This document shows, piece after piece, positions 21,758 through 32,025 of a DNA stretch of 64,000 nt. A program made the position numbers and the translations under genes. The stretch comes from an uncultured Nitrospiraceae bacterium (GTDB taxonomy: Bacteria > Nitrospirota > Thermodesulfovibrionia > Thermodesulfovibrionales > Dissulfurispiraceae). The notes under the pieces were generated by a model that searched no databases, had not been told where the DNA came from, and saw only the letters and a program-made list of their open reading frames with translations. How positions within the stretch are numbered: position 1 is the stretch's first letter; each line of letters opens with the position of its first letter. The DNA lies in assembly GCA_963727805.1 (NCBI GenBank), contig CAVSHF010000003.1, positions 1,888,001 to 1,952,000 of the forward strand. The letters run 5' to 3'.

Positions 21758-21791
21758 AAAAAGGAGAAGAAGCGTGCTGCTCCTTCTCCTT
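21758..21791 (-). terminator. Rho-independent terminator after glnK
   Basis: AAGGAGAAG(A/G)AGC inverted repeat followed by a T run on the minus strand. Confidence 0.75.
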
Positions 21792-21795
21792 CTTG

Positions 21796-22191
<396 letters not shown>

Positions 22192-22207
22192 CTATAATTA
22201 AACGCGC

Positions 22208-23587
22208 TTATGATAAGTTATATGCCTTTTCACCGTGCTGTGTTTCATCAAGACCGGTAACTTCTTCCTCAAGATCAACCCTGATGCCGACGATCGCTTT
22301 GATGACCATGAAAATAACGAAGGTCGTGACGGCGGTATATGCTATAGTTGTCCCGACGGCAATCAACTGTGTCATAAACTGGCCGGGATTACCGTAAAGA
22401 AGGCCCTTGCCAGCATCATTGATTGCGGGGTCCGCAAAGATTCCTGTAAGAAGCGCACCCAGTGTACCTCCGACTCCGTGAACACCAAAAGCATCGAGGG
22501 CGTCATCATAGCCAAGCCTCGGCTTAAGAAACGCGACGGCAAGGTAAGGGATTACTCCTGCTGCCAGACCGATAACTATTGCCCCGGTAATATTCACAAA
22601 ACCGGCAGCCGGGGTTATTGCAACGAGTCCTGCAACTGCGCCAGAGGCAAGGCCGAGGACAGTAGGCTTCTTGGCATGCATCCATTCAGTAACCATCCAC
22701 GCCACTGTTGCTACTGCCGTTGCCGTGTTTGTATTGATAAATGCTGCCCCCGCCAGGCCGTTGGCCGCCAAGGCAGAGCCGGCATTAAACCCGAACCATC
22801 CAAACCATAGGAGTCCCGCGCCGATCACTACAAAAGGAAGATTGTTCGGTTTGTACGTTGGATCTTTCCTCTTTCCAAGCATGATCGCGCCGACCAGACC
22901 CGCTACACCGGCATTAATATGAACGACTGTACCGCCCGCGAAATCAAGGGCACCGAGTTGGGCGAGGAATCCGTTGCCCCAAACCCAATGTGCTATCGGC
23001 AGATAGGTAAAGGTAAGCCAGAGTATTGAGAAAAGCACCCACGCCGAGAACTTCATTCTTTCAACATATGAACCGCTTGCCAGCGCAACAGTGATCGCGG
23101 CAAAGGTCAGCTGATATACTATAAATATAAATTCGGGGATTGTCTTTGCTGCGTCGGATATGCTATTGGTGCCGACACCCGAAAGGAACAGCTTATCGGC
23201 AGCTCCGATAATTCCGCTCACATCCGTGCTGAAGGCGAAAGTATAACCATAAAGTACCCACAGAACGCTGACGATAGCATAGGTCACAAAGGACATCGCC
23301 AAGGTATTTAATACATTTTTACCCTTTGACATACCACCATAGAATAGAGCGAGTCCTGGCAGCGTCATGAGCATGACAAGAGCTGTTGCAACAATCATCC
23401 ACGCCGTATCACCTGTGTCTATTTTGTTCGGCGCGGGTGCTGGTGCAGTTGCGGCTGCAGCGGGTGCCGCAGAGGCAGCAACTGCCGCGGGAGCCGGCGC
23501 GGTGGCAGGCTTGTCCTCGGCAAAGAGAATAGCCGAGAAGGAGAGGCACAATATACTTATTAGTACGCCTATCAGTAACCTTTTCAT
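22208..23587 (-). CDS. amtB: Ammonium transporter
   Basis: [44 protein letters not shown]. Confidence 0.97.
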   Translation of the reverse strand: MKRLLIGVLISILCLSFSAILFAEDKPATAPAPAAVAASAAPAAAATAPAPAPNKIDTGDTAWMIVATALVMLMTLPGLALFYGGMSKGKNVLNTLAMSFVTYAIVSVLWVLYGYTFAFSTDVSGIIGAADKLFLSGVGTNSISDAAKTIPEFIFIVYQLTFAAITVALASGSYVERMKFSAWVLFSILWLTFTYLPIAHWVWGNGFLAQLGALDFAGGTVVHINAGVAGLVGAIMLGKRKDPTYKPNNLPFVVIGAGLLWFGWFGFNAGSALAANGLAGAAFINTNTATAVATVAWMVTEWMHAKKPTVLGLASGAVAGLVAITPAAGFVNITGAIVIGLAAGVIPYLAVAFLKPRLGYDDALDAFGVHGVGGTLGALLTGIFADPAINDAGKGLLYGNPGQFMTQLIAVGTTIAYTAVTTFVIFMVIKAIVGIRVDLEEEVTGLDETQHGEKAYNLS

Positions 23588-23611
23588 TTTTGACCTCCGT
23601 GTTTAGTTCTA

Positions 23612-24520
23612 TTAAAAGGACATTGTAAGATTTATACCGTACACAAATGTCTCGTCAAGCTTTCCGTTGGGGTTGTATGAAACACCGTCGACGGTCTTTT
23701 TAGCCTTACTCGAAAGCGGGAACCAATACTGAGTAATCGGCTGCAATACAAAGTTCTTGCCGAGAGGTACACTCAGCCCAGCCTTTACATTGCCGTCATG
23801 AAGGGCGCTGTATTTAGCTCCTGTGTATGCGTTGGTCGAGCTCTGAAAGGTATCCCAATAGTTACTGCTCCCGACGAAATAGCCGAAACCAGCGCCCAGA
23901 TCAACCGTCATGTCGCCCGTAGGCAGTTTAAAGACAGGTATAGACTGGCTGAAGGACAGATTGAAGTAAGTGCCGGGATAGCCATCAACGTCGCGGTTAA
24001 CCGCCAGTGAAGGATGGGATATTATGTCATACGTAGCGCTGACGAAGAGCTCCTGTGTTTGCTTTGCATACGCCGTCCCGTAATATATATATCCTCCGGA
24101 AAGAGCCAGCTTATCAATATTGTAGGTATAGCTGAGAGTGAGGTCGGTCTCATTCCAGCTCTTCTGGCCAACACCCACACCCTTGCCGTTAGCATCGGTA
24201 GTTTTACCGGGAATAAACGACTGGGTCTGGTGCTGGTCGGTGTCGAGGTTGCCCCAAACGGTAGCGGAAAAGCCTTTATAATTTAGAGTTATTGTCGGTT
24301 CTATTACAACGCTCTTTGTGCCGAGCTCATATCCTCTGAATATATATCTGTTGAGAACTGCGACACCTGCACTTCCCGTAACCTTCGCCTCTTCAACCTT
24401 CGGCGCTTCGGCGGCAGTTGCCGGTGACACGGCTGCTGGAGCCGCTTCTTCTGCATGAACATTTGCAGTAAAAAGGAATAAAGCCATTATGATTGGCAAT
24501 GCTAATCTTAGACCCTTCAT
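23612..24520 (-). CDS. Outer-membrane beta-barrel, TorF/TIGR02001-like putative porin
   Basis: Signal peptide; RYIFRG, ETDLTLSY, GYIYY; alternating beta pattern; terminal Phe. Confidence 0.7.
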   Translation of the reverse strand: MKGLRLALPIIMALFLFTANVHAEEAAPAAVSPATAAEAPKVEEAKVTGSAGVAVLNRYIFRGYELGTKSVVIEPTITLNYKGFSATVWGNLDTDQHQTQSFIPGKTTDANGKGVGVGQKSWNETDLTLSYTYNIDKLALSGGYIYYGTAYAKQTQELFVSATYDIISHPSLAVNRDVDGYPGTYFNLSFSQSIPVFKLPTGDMTVDLGAGFGYFVGSSNYWDTFQSSTNAYTGAKYSALHDGNVKAGLSVPLGKNFVLQPITQYWFPLSSKAKKTVDGVSYNPNGKLDETFVYGINLTMSF

Positions 24521-24567
24521 TTTGAAACATCCTCCCTTAATTTTTGGGGGCTTATGCCCGCTCTTTT

Positions 24568-24771
24568 CTAGAGAACCCCGTTGCTCAACTCCCTTGCTTC
24601 CCCTTCTCCCTCCTCCTTTCGTATCTCGTATTTCTTGATCTTGTAGCCGATTATCCTTTCAGTAATGCCGAGCGTTCGCGCCGCCTTCGCCCTTACCCAG
24701 TTGCTCTCCTTGAGTGCCTTTGTGATCTCCTCTTTTTCTATCTCGGTCACCTTCGTCTTGAGCGAACCCAT
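24568..24771 (-). CDS. Stand-alone Fis-type HTH protein resembling the NifA C-terminus
   Basis: SD GAGGAGG; EIEKEEITKALKESNWVRAKAARTLGITERIIGYKIKKY. Confidence 0.85.
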   Translation of the reverse strand: MGSLKTKVTEIEKEEITKALKESNWVRAKAARTLGITERIIGYKIKKYEIRKEEGEGEARELSNGVL

Positions 24772-24807
24772 TCAATCCTCCTCTTTCAGTACTACACGTT
24801 ACTCAAT

Positions 24808-24841
24808 AGCCAGAAACATGCCAGAGCATAACTTATTGTTT
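24808..24841 (-). promoter_or_regulatory. Sigma-54 promoter and IHF-like site of the HTH-porin-amtB-glnK operon
   Basis: TGGCATGTTTCTGGCT (GG-N10-GC) at 24823-24808; AAACAATAAGTTA at 24841-24829, one mismatch to the IHF consensus. Confidence 0.75.
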
Positions 24842-24865
24842 TTAAGGCATTTTAGAAATATTTTA

Positions 24866-24916
24866 CCGAACAATTTTGTAATATCCAACAAAATTGTAGA
24901 GTACCAATATTGTCGG
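24866..24916. promoter_or_regulatory. Three tandem ACA-N4-TGT-like palindromic boxes (putative UAS)
   Basis: ACAATTTTGT 24870, ACAAAATTGT 24888, CCAATATTGT(CGG) 24904. Confidence 0.6.
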
Positions 24917-25006
24917 AATTAGTTGCAGAAGCTGCTCAGCCTTTGCAGTTGGTTGGATCCGGACCTCTGTTGAAGTATCATATTGAGGGCCGGTATAATA
25001 GTCGAA

Positions 25007-25544
25007 ATGCCCGAAGAGAAAAAAGAGACCTGGATCACCTGGCTTGCCCTTACAACCGCATTTCTCGCCGTCTCTGCAGCAGTGACTACCATAGTATATG
25101 GGAAAGTTTGCCAACCGGGCCATACTCATCCAGGGGCAGGAGACTGACCATTGGGCCTATTACCAGGCAAAAAGCATAAAGGAGCATACTTATGAAATAC
25201 AGTGACAGACGCTCGAACTGGATTTCCTGTCGCAACAGGCGAGGATGCCCGTTGCAGTGATCGAAAAATATAAAAATACCATGGCGGACTACGAAGCCAA
25301 TATCACCCGCTATGACAAGGAAAAGTCCGAAATCAAGGCAGATGCCGAGAAACTGGCCAGACAGAAGGCGCTCTTTCAGAACATGTCTGCCAATTTCAGC
25401 TATAGTCTAATTTTTCTCCAGATCGCCATCGTAATGTCGTCGGTAGCGGCCATTACGAAGAAAAAGCCGCTCTGGTATCTCGGCCTTGCTACTGTGATCG
25501 GATGGATATTTTACTTCTCAAACGCATTTCTGCTCTTTTATTAG
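25007..25544 (+). pseudogene. DUF4337-like membrane protein pseudogene
   Basis: MPEEKKETWITWLALTTAFLAV..., +1 insertion near 25093, continues WAYYQAKSIK, TGA at 25203, then FLQIAIVMSSVAAITKKK. Confidence 0.75.
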
Positions 25545-25603
25545 ACGCCCTTCCCTTATTTTCAGCACTTTGAAATCGGCACTCTTTCCGATAAACTAGT
25601 CAT

Positions 25604-27214
25604 ATGGAAAAAGAACCGATTAGCGAAGATATAAAGAAAATCCTGCGCGATACTTTAAAACAACTGAAGGAAGAAGTAGTCATTGAGGTGTTCACAGAAA
25701 AGGGGGTGAACGAGGCATTCAATGAGGCCACCGTAAGCCTCGTCAAAGCCCTTGCAGAAATATCACCCCAGATCAAATCTTCGTTCCATGATGTCGGAGA
25801 CGACTTCTCTCGGATGCGGGGGGTTACGAGATCGCCAACGGTACTGTTGACCCCTGATAAATATACTATTCGATACACCGGGTCACCCCTCGGAGAAGAG
25901 GGGCGTTCGTTCATCGTCGCCATTATCATGGTTTCGACGGCAAGTGTCGTGCTGAAAGAAGAATCGCTACAGCGGCTCGGAGATCTTAAAGAAAAACGGG
26001 CCATTCAGATATTTGTAAGCCCGACATGCCCCTACTGCCCCCAAGAGGTCATATACGCCATCTCCGCCGCTGTCGCGAGGAACGACCTGGTGTCGGCCGA
26101 GGTTATTGAGATTTTTGAAAATCAGGACCTTGCCTTGGAAAAGGGGATCGTCTCTGTCCCTCACACATTCATAAACGGAACGCTCACCTCACCGGGAGTC
26201 GAACCCGAGGAACGTTTCATAGAGTCGCTTCTCACCCTGAAAATACCAGAAATCATGCCGGAAGTCATCTCTGACGCACCCATGGAAAGCGACCTAGTTA
26301 TACTGGGTGCCGGACCAGCAGGTATGACAGCAGCGATCTACGCCGAGCGGGCGGGATTGAAGTCCGTCGTCATCGAAAAGGCGAATATCGGAGGACAGAT
26401 TGCGATAACGCCGGTCGTAGAAAATTACCCAGGGTTCACGAAGATCGCCGGCAAATCTCTCGTAGACCTTATCACGCAGCAGGCCCTTCAATACGTGAAT
26501 ATTCACATCTCAGAGGAAATTAGGGAACTGGTCAATAAAGAAGACCGTTTTCATGTTAAGACGAACCGGGCGTACTACATCGCAAGGGGGATTGTCATCG
26601 CTACCGGAGTCAGCAGCAGGGAACTCAATGTGCCGGGGGAAAAGATGTTCTGGGGACGTGGGGTAAGCTATTGCGCCGAGTGTGACGGCTACTTTTTTAA
26701 AGACGGCAAAACAGTCCTGATTGTAGGCGGTGGAAATACTGCTGCCACTGATGCTCTGTATCTCCATACCCTCGGTGCGAAAGTCAGTATGGTCCACCGC
26801 GGGGAACAGCTGAGGGCCGAAAAGAGACTGCAGGATAGTATTTCCAGGGCGGACATACCAGTGATGTGGGATAGCGAGGTCAAGGAGATCACCGGCGACC
26901 GGGTCGTTACAGCAGTAAAGATCAGGGACAACAAAAGTGGCACGATTACCGAAATGCCTGTTGACGGCATCTTCGTCGCCATTGGATACAAGCCCAACAA
27001 CGAGATCGCCAAAACGCTCGGTCTCGAACTCGATGGATACGGTTATATAAAGACCGATAGTGAGCAGAGAACGTCTATGCCGATGGTGTATGCCGCTGGC
27101 GATATAACAGGAGGAGTGAAACAGATCGTTGTCGCTGTCGGACAAGCATCGGTTGCCGCCCTCACCGCCTTCGAGGACCTTTCGGGCCCATACTGGAAGA
27201 ACTCCAAGGTATGA
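25604..27214 (+). CDS. Thioredoxin reductase fused to N-terminal thioredoxin/PDO-like (AhpF-NTD-like) domains
   Basis: PTCPYC; GAGPAG; VENYPGF; GVSYCAECDG; VGGGNTA; AAGDITG. Confidence 0.9.
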   Translation: MEKEPISEDIKKILRDTLKQLKEEVVIEVFTEKGVNEAFNEATVSLVKALAEISPQIKSSFHDVGDDFSRMRGVTRSPTVLLTPDKYTIRYTGSPLGEEGRSFIVAIIMVSTASVVLKEESLQRLGDLKEKRAIQIFVSPTCPYCPQEVIYAISAAVARNDLVSAEVIEIFENQDLALEKGIVSVPHTFINGTLTSPGVEPEERFIESLLTLKIPEIMPEVISDAPMESDLVILGAGPAGMTAAIYAERAGLKSVVIEKANIGGQIAITPVVENYPGFTKIAGKSLVDLITQQALQYVNIHISEEIRELVNKEDRFHVKTNRAYYIARGIVIATGVSSRELNVPGEKMFWGRGVSYCAECDGYFFKDGKTVLIVGGGNTAATDALYLHTLGAKVSMVHRGEQLRAEKRLQDSISRADIPVMWDSEVKEITGDRVVTAVKIRDNKSGTITEMPVDGIFVAIGYKPNNEIAKTLGLELDGYGYIKTDSEQRTSMPMVYAAGDITGGVKQIVVAVGQASVAALTAFEDLSGPYWKNSKV

Positions 27215-27226
27215 TATCCGCGTCTG

Positions 27227-28603
27227 CTATCGCCTGTGCTCCTCAGCTGGGAAAACGACGATGAATTCGCTCCCAGTTCCAAGTTTACTCTTCACATAGA
27301 TTTTTCCGTCATTGGCATTAATGATCCATTGAGTTATGGAAAGTCCCAGTCCGGTCCCGGCCGCACGTGTATGTTCCCTCTCGACACGATAAAATCTGTT
27401 GAATATATGCGGTATTTCCTCTTCCGGTATTCCTATGCCGGTATCGCTTATTGCTACCCGGATTTCGGCATCCTCCTTGCTTGATTTGACAGTCACTCGG
27501 CCGCCGCGGGGGGTATATTTCAGGGCGTTGTCGATCAGGTTTGAAAAAGCCTGCTCAAGGAGATTCATATCTCCGTAAAGTTCAAGGTGGCGGTGCTCAT
27601 ATTGTGAGGTCAGGGTGATGCCGCTTCGGTCCGCTTTGAACTGGGACCGCTCAACTATATTTTCAAGAAATTGATCAAGGTCGAACCTTTGCTTTCTGAG
27701 CTCGAGGATCTGATTATCTACCTTCGTCAGAAAGAGAATATTATCGGTAATCCGCGACAGTCTCACCATATCTGCGAGATTATTCCTTAGCAGCTCCTCA
27801 TACTCTTCTGAGGTCCTCTTCTTCCTGAGCGTCACTTCGGTATTGCCTATAAGGGAGGTAAGCGGAGAGCGGATTTCATGGGCAACATCAGAGGTGAAGC
27901 GCCTGTAGGCCTCAACCGAATTCCGGATACTTTCAATCATGCTGTTGAATATCATCACAAGTCCCGAAATCTCCTTCCCTTGTGCTCCAAGGTCGATCTT
28001 CTCTATGGACTTGTCCTTCATTGCCTCTTCGGCACGTATCCTGAGCTTTACTGCGGGTGCGACGGCAAGGCCCGCCAGAAACCAGCTCATCAGGAAGGAG
28101 ATGCCGATTATGAAGGCCGGGAAGAGAATGGCTAGACGCTTAAGGTCTGTCAGATGCCTTTCGATGTCCTCAAGGGTTACGCCGGTACGCAGCACCTCAT
28201 TCTTACTAGCGGGATAATAAAGGAGTCGAAATTTTTCCCCTTGATAGTTGATTGTGTCGTAAGCCAACTTCCCTTTGAAGGCTGTCTGCAGCTTCTCCTT
28301 GCTGACCGGCCACCGTTGTGCGACACCACTCAAAGAACCAACTATCGCTGTGCCGTTGCGCTGGCTGATTTGATGTAAATCATCACCGTACCGTGTGATA
28401 ATTTCTTGGTCTCTATCGAGATGGTTAGCGTCTATTTTGCCTTCAGCCACCGTCTTCGACGCCCGTATCAACGTCCAGTCGACGGTTTCGTAGAGACGAT
28501 GTTGGTATTCGGTATAAACAGCAAGAATTGAAGCCATAAACAGAACCGAAAAACATACACTAAAAACAAGTGCAAGCCTCATGCGGTGCGTTTTGATGAT
28601 CAT
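27227..28603 (-). CDS. Sensor histidine kinase (CusS/BaeS-like), no adjacent regulator
   Basis: Two TMs; FTSDVAHEIRSPL; NLIDNALKY; DTGIGI; GTGLGL. Confidence 0.9.
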   Translation of the reverse strand: MIIKTHRMRLALVFSVCFSVLFMASILAVYTEYQHRLYETVDWTLIRASKTVAEGKIDANHLDRDQEIITRYGDDLHQISQRNGTAIVGSLSGVAQRWPVSKEKLQTAFKGKLAYDTINYQGEKFRLLYYPASKNEVLRTGVTLEDIERHLTDLKRLAILFPAFIIGISFLMSWFLAGLAVAPAVKLRIRAEEAMKDKSIEKIDLGAQGKEISGLVMIFNSMIESIRNSVEAYRRFTSDVAHEIRSPLTSLIGNTEVTLRKKRTSEEYEELLRNNLADMVRLSRITDNILFLTKVDNQILELRKQRFDLDQFLENIVERSQFKADRSGITLTSQYEHRHLELYGDMNLLEQAFSNLIDNALKYTPRGGRVTVKSSKEDAEIRVAISDTGIGIPEEEIPHIFNRFYRVEREHTRAAGTGLGLSITQWIINANDGKIYVKSKLGTGSEFIVVFPAEEHRR

Positions 28604-28734
28604 GCTGTCTCCCGCTAACAGATTTGTTTATATATATAATGGATACATTTGGTCAGCGTCACGATATATTCTTTATTATAACTTCCAACGGTGGAATTGC
28701 AATCATTGCCTACCGGAATTTATAACGATATACT

Positions 28735-29436
28735 ATGAAGATAAATATGGATAAGCTATCGAGAAAGAGGGCAATCGAACTCGCCGTTACGAATGACCTT
28801 TCGGGATATGATCTTTCGGGGACAGATCTGAGTGTACTCGATTTCAGCGCTGTGCAGCTGAAGGGTTCGCTACTTGATCGGACAAACTTAGGCAAAACTA
28901 TTCTAATAGGGGCCGATCTCTCGTCCTCCAGTTTAGTAAGGGCAAACCTGAGCGTTTCTAATCTCACAAGAGCAATCCTTAAAAAATCGGACCTTACCGA
29001 AGCCGACCTCAATTTTTCAGTCCTTATTGGCGCAAATTTTGACGGCGCAGTACTTGCACGGTCGAATCTTAGCCTCTCTAACCTGTCTTGTTCCCTCCTC
29101 CGTAATGCCGATTTAACGGAGGCGAACCTTCAGCAAGTCGAGGCAAGCGGTGCGGATTTCTCCGGGTCGCGAATGACGAAGGCCAACGCATATGGAGCAA
29201 ATATGGCGGGATCAAATCTGGCAGGTGCAGACATGGAAGGCTGCATACTCACCAAGGCCGACTTGACCTCTGCCGACCTTTCCGGGGCGAATCTGAAAAA
29301 CAGCGAATTGCTCAATGTGAATTTCACAGCCGCCAATCTTACCCATGCTGATCTAAGGGGATCCAAACTTACCGGTTCCACTTTTTCACGCGCTCAGCTC
29401 GAAGGGGCACAAACAGACGAGGCCGTGCACGGATAG
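28735..29436 (+). CDS. Pentapeptide repeat protein
   Basis: A(D/N)LxxA repeats over about 200 aa. Confidence 0.92.
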   Translation: MKINMDKLSRKRAIELAVTNDLSGYDLSGTDLSVLDFSAVQLKGSLLDRTNLGKTILIGADLSSSSLVRANLSVSNLTRAILKKSDLTEADLNFSVLIGANFDGAVLARSNLSLSNLSCSLLRNADLTEANLQQVEASGADFSGSRMTKANAYGANMAGSNLAGADMEGCILTKADLTSADLSGANLKNSELLNVNFTAANLTHADLRGSKLTGSTFSRAQLEGAQTDEAVHG

Positions 29437-29520
29437 CAAGAGCGCTTAATCAAGTTCACAATTCAGCTTGATAATTCATATAAAATAGACTATATCTCAC
29501 TGCGATATCGTGAACTGATA

Positions 29521-29817
29521 ATGATACGAGATTTCTTTCTTGGTTTCATAAAGTTGCACATACTTTATCATGCTTCTAAAGAGCCGATATACGGTCTGTG
29601 GCTGATAGAAGAATTATACCCCCATGGGTACAAGCTGAGTCCGGGCACACTTTATCCAACACTCCATAAGCTTGAAGAAGAGAATCTCTTAAAATCGCAT
29701 ACAGAGAATCATGATGGCAAAATTCGAAAGTATTACAAAACTACCCCGAAAGGCAACAGGACTTTGGAAGAAGCCAAAAAGAAAATAAATACCCTTGTCG
29801 AAGAAACAATGAAGTGA
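29521..29817 (+). CDS. PadR family transcriptional regulator
   Basis: LSPGTLYPTLHKLE, RKYYKTT.KG. Confidence 0.92.
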   Translation: MIRDFFLGFIKLHILYHASKEPIYGLWLIEELYPHGYKLSPGTLYPTLHKLEEENLLKSHTENHDGKIRKYYKTTPKGNRTLEEAKKKINTLVEETMK

Positions 29818-29949
29818 TTGGCGACTTCCATAATTATATGTAATATCAACTTGTTCGCGATATATCTCACCTGGCAATCGCCTAAAGAAAAATAAGTATT
29901 GAACTTGAAATCGGGCAACTTATTATAGCCTATGAGTACTGAATAACAA

Positions 29950-30822
29950 ATGGGAGCAGGTATGGAATTGAACGGATTGAAAAACCGAAGCACGGACGGA
30001 GGTTATGTAGGGAGACATAGTGTAGCTGGCAGCATTTTAAATCTTAAGAACATCAAGTTATGGATGCTTTTTGTGTCAATATCAATTCTCTGTCCTTCTT
30101 CAGCATGGGCGGGACCGCCTTTTGTTACAGATGACCCTGAACCGGTCGAATACAAGCACGGAGAATTCTATGTTGCCTCGGTAACTAATCACAATACGGA
30201 TGGAACATCGGGGACGTTACCTCATTTTGAATTCAACTATGGTCCATTACCTGACGTTCAGCTGCACTTAATAGCGCCATTCGCGTACAACAAGCCTCGT
30301 CATGAATCGATGAAATGGGGGTATGGCATGACAGAGCTTGGAGTCAAATATCGTTTTGTCCACGAGACTGATGTAATCCCTATGGTCGGTACATTCCCCA
30401 TAGTCGAATTGCCTACTGGCGACAGTACAAAAGGTCTGGGCGAAAGGGGCGTAAAGGTATTTATTCCTATTTGGTTGCAAAAGAGCTTTGGCCCATGGAC
30501 CGTTTATGGAGGAGGCGGCTATTGGAACAATCCCGGGGCTGAAGATAACAAAAATTTCTGGCAAACAGGTCTTGTAGTGATGAGAGAGCTTTGTAAAACA
30601 ATCTCTGTCGGAGCCGAAATATTCAATTTTACGGCTCGCACGAAAGGTGATAAAAATGAGACGGGATTCAACCTTGGTACTGTGATCAATGTGACTGAGG
30701 ATCATCATATATTACTTTCGGCAGGCCGTGATTTCACTGGAACAAACAAGAACACATTTAACATGTATGTTGCATATCAATTGACCTTTGCACCACATGA
30801 GGAGAAAGAAGAAGAGAAATAA
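29950..30822 (+). CDS. Putative outer-membrane beta-barrel (SphA/MetA-pathway-like 'transporter')
   Basis: Signal ending SSAWA, then GPPFVTDDPEP; LGVKYRF; LPTG; true start may be near 30064. Confidence 0.65.
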   Translation: MGAGMELNGLKNRSTDGGYVGRHSVAGSILNLKNIKLWMLFVSISILCPSSAWAGPPFVTDDPEPVEYKHGEFYVASVTNHNTDGTSGTLPHFEFNYGPLPDVQLHLIAPFAYNKPRHESMKWGYGMTELGVKYRFVHETDVIPMVGTFPIVELPTGDSTKGLGERGVKVFIPIWLQKSFGPWTVYGGGGYWNNPGAEDNKNFWQTGLVVMRELCKTISVGAEIFNFTARTKGDKNETGFNLGTVINVTEDHHILLSAGRDFTGTNKNTFNMYVAYQLTFAPHEEKEEEK

Positions 30823-30998
30823 AATGCCCTCGTGGCATAAAGCGTAACGGGTACAACCAACGAATCTTTGCCTCTAGAGGCCATTTAGCATTACGGTGGA
30901 TGTGAAAAAAGAAAGGAACACATGCAGCAAATCGGAAGTGGTAGACTGGAATTGCCAGTTTGTATGAATAATGACATCAAATGTAATCGGAGGTACGC

Positions 30999-31499
30999 AT
31001 GTTTCAAAGAGTTGCAGTTATGGTTGTGATCGTCAGCTTGTTTTTGGTTGGAGTTGCCGCGGTCCCGTATGCAGCAGATGATCTTCAGCAACAGATTACC
31101 GATGTGAAAAACGTCCTACCCAAATTCGCAATACCCATGCGTGAAGTCGGCGACAGGTTCCAGAATATGTATTTCGCGGCAAAAGGTGAAAACTGGGGAC
31201 TGGCTTATTATATGTCGAGGTATATGAATGGCGCTATGACCCCCACGAAACTTACAAAACCGGCTGAGTTCCCTGTATGGAAGGCTTTCTACGATGAGAC
31301 ATTTACACCGGTTAACAAAGCCATCTATGCCCAGAATTTCAAGGATTTCGAAAAGGAATACACTGAAGTGATTCAAAAATGCAACGACTGCCACGCCAGC
31401 ATGGGATACGGCTTCATCAAGGTTATCAAAATGGCTGCGCCAGCTGACAACGGAATTACCTATACCGTAAAATCCAAAGCGGAAGACGTTCCAAAATAA
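30999..31499 (+). CDS. Periplasmic monoheme c-type cytochrome (helical, cytochrome c'-like)
   Basis: Signal peptide; single C-terminal CNDCH; SD GGAGG. Confidence 0.75.
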   Translation: MFQRVAVMVVIVSLFLVGVAAVPYAADDLQQQITDVKNVLPKFAIPMREVGDRFQNMYFAAKGENWGLAYYMSRYMNGAMTPTKLTKPAEFPVWKAFYDETFTPVNKAIYAQNFKDFEKEYTEVIQKCNDCHASMGYGFIKVIKMAAPADNGITYTVKSKAEDVPK

Positions 31500-32025
31500 G
31501 GCATAAAAAAGGTTTTTGAATCTAATTTAGGGAGCCGCAAATTTCCCTTGAGAGAGGGGAGTTTATGGTCTTCAATTAGCGAGATATTCGATAAGCACAA
31601 TGCTTTCCGTGCGGCGAATTGATCCACGTTCCAGTCCTCACCTCAGGCATCTCGCCAATATTTGTGATGTGACCTGTCCACTCCTATGGCAATCTCCTTA
31701 TTGCTTGTGGCGTAGCCGCCACTAAACGAAATTGTAAAGAGACGACAATAGCTTCAATCACATGTAATACGATAAAGACGTGAGAAGACTTTAAGTCCCC
31801 GCGGATAATCAAGTTGCAGGAACTCAAAGGCCAAGCCAGAGTTCGGTGGTGAATTGAACAAACTGTTTCTGAAGCTTGGCACAATATGAGAGTACATCCG
31901 TATATTGACATAGGATGCCGCCTGCCAGTACTGCAAATTCAGTGCGTCAGCAGTCAATAAGGTTTCACTGAATTTCAAAAAGGGCGCCTTTGTCTATGCA
32001 AGTAAGTGCTGTATACTACAAACAA

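Noticed and set aside
24866..24916. Canonical NifA UAS TGT-N10-ACA
   Set aside because: Spacing present is N8 (TGT to ACA) or N4 (ACA to TGT); reported as non-canonical instead
25203..25205. In-frame TGA in the DUF4337-like gene as selenocysteine
   Set aside because: Not in a Cys/redox context (EIQ*QTLE, plausibly CGA to TGA), and the gene also has a frameshift
31500..31990. Short ORFs in this and other gaps (33435-33800, 40553-40807, 51145-51420)
   Set aside because: Multiple stops, no SD and no family I can recognise; may be decayed genes but cannot be supported
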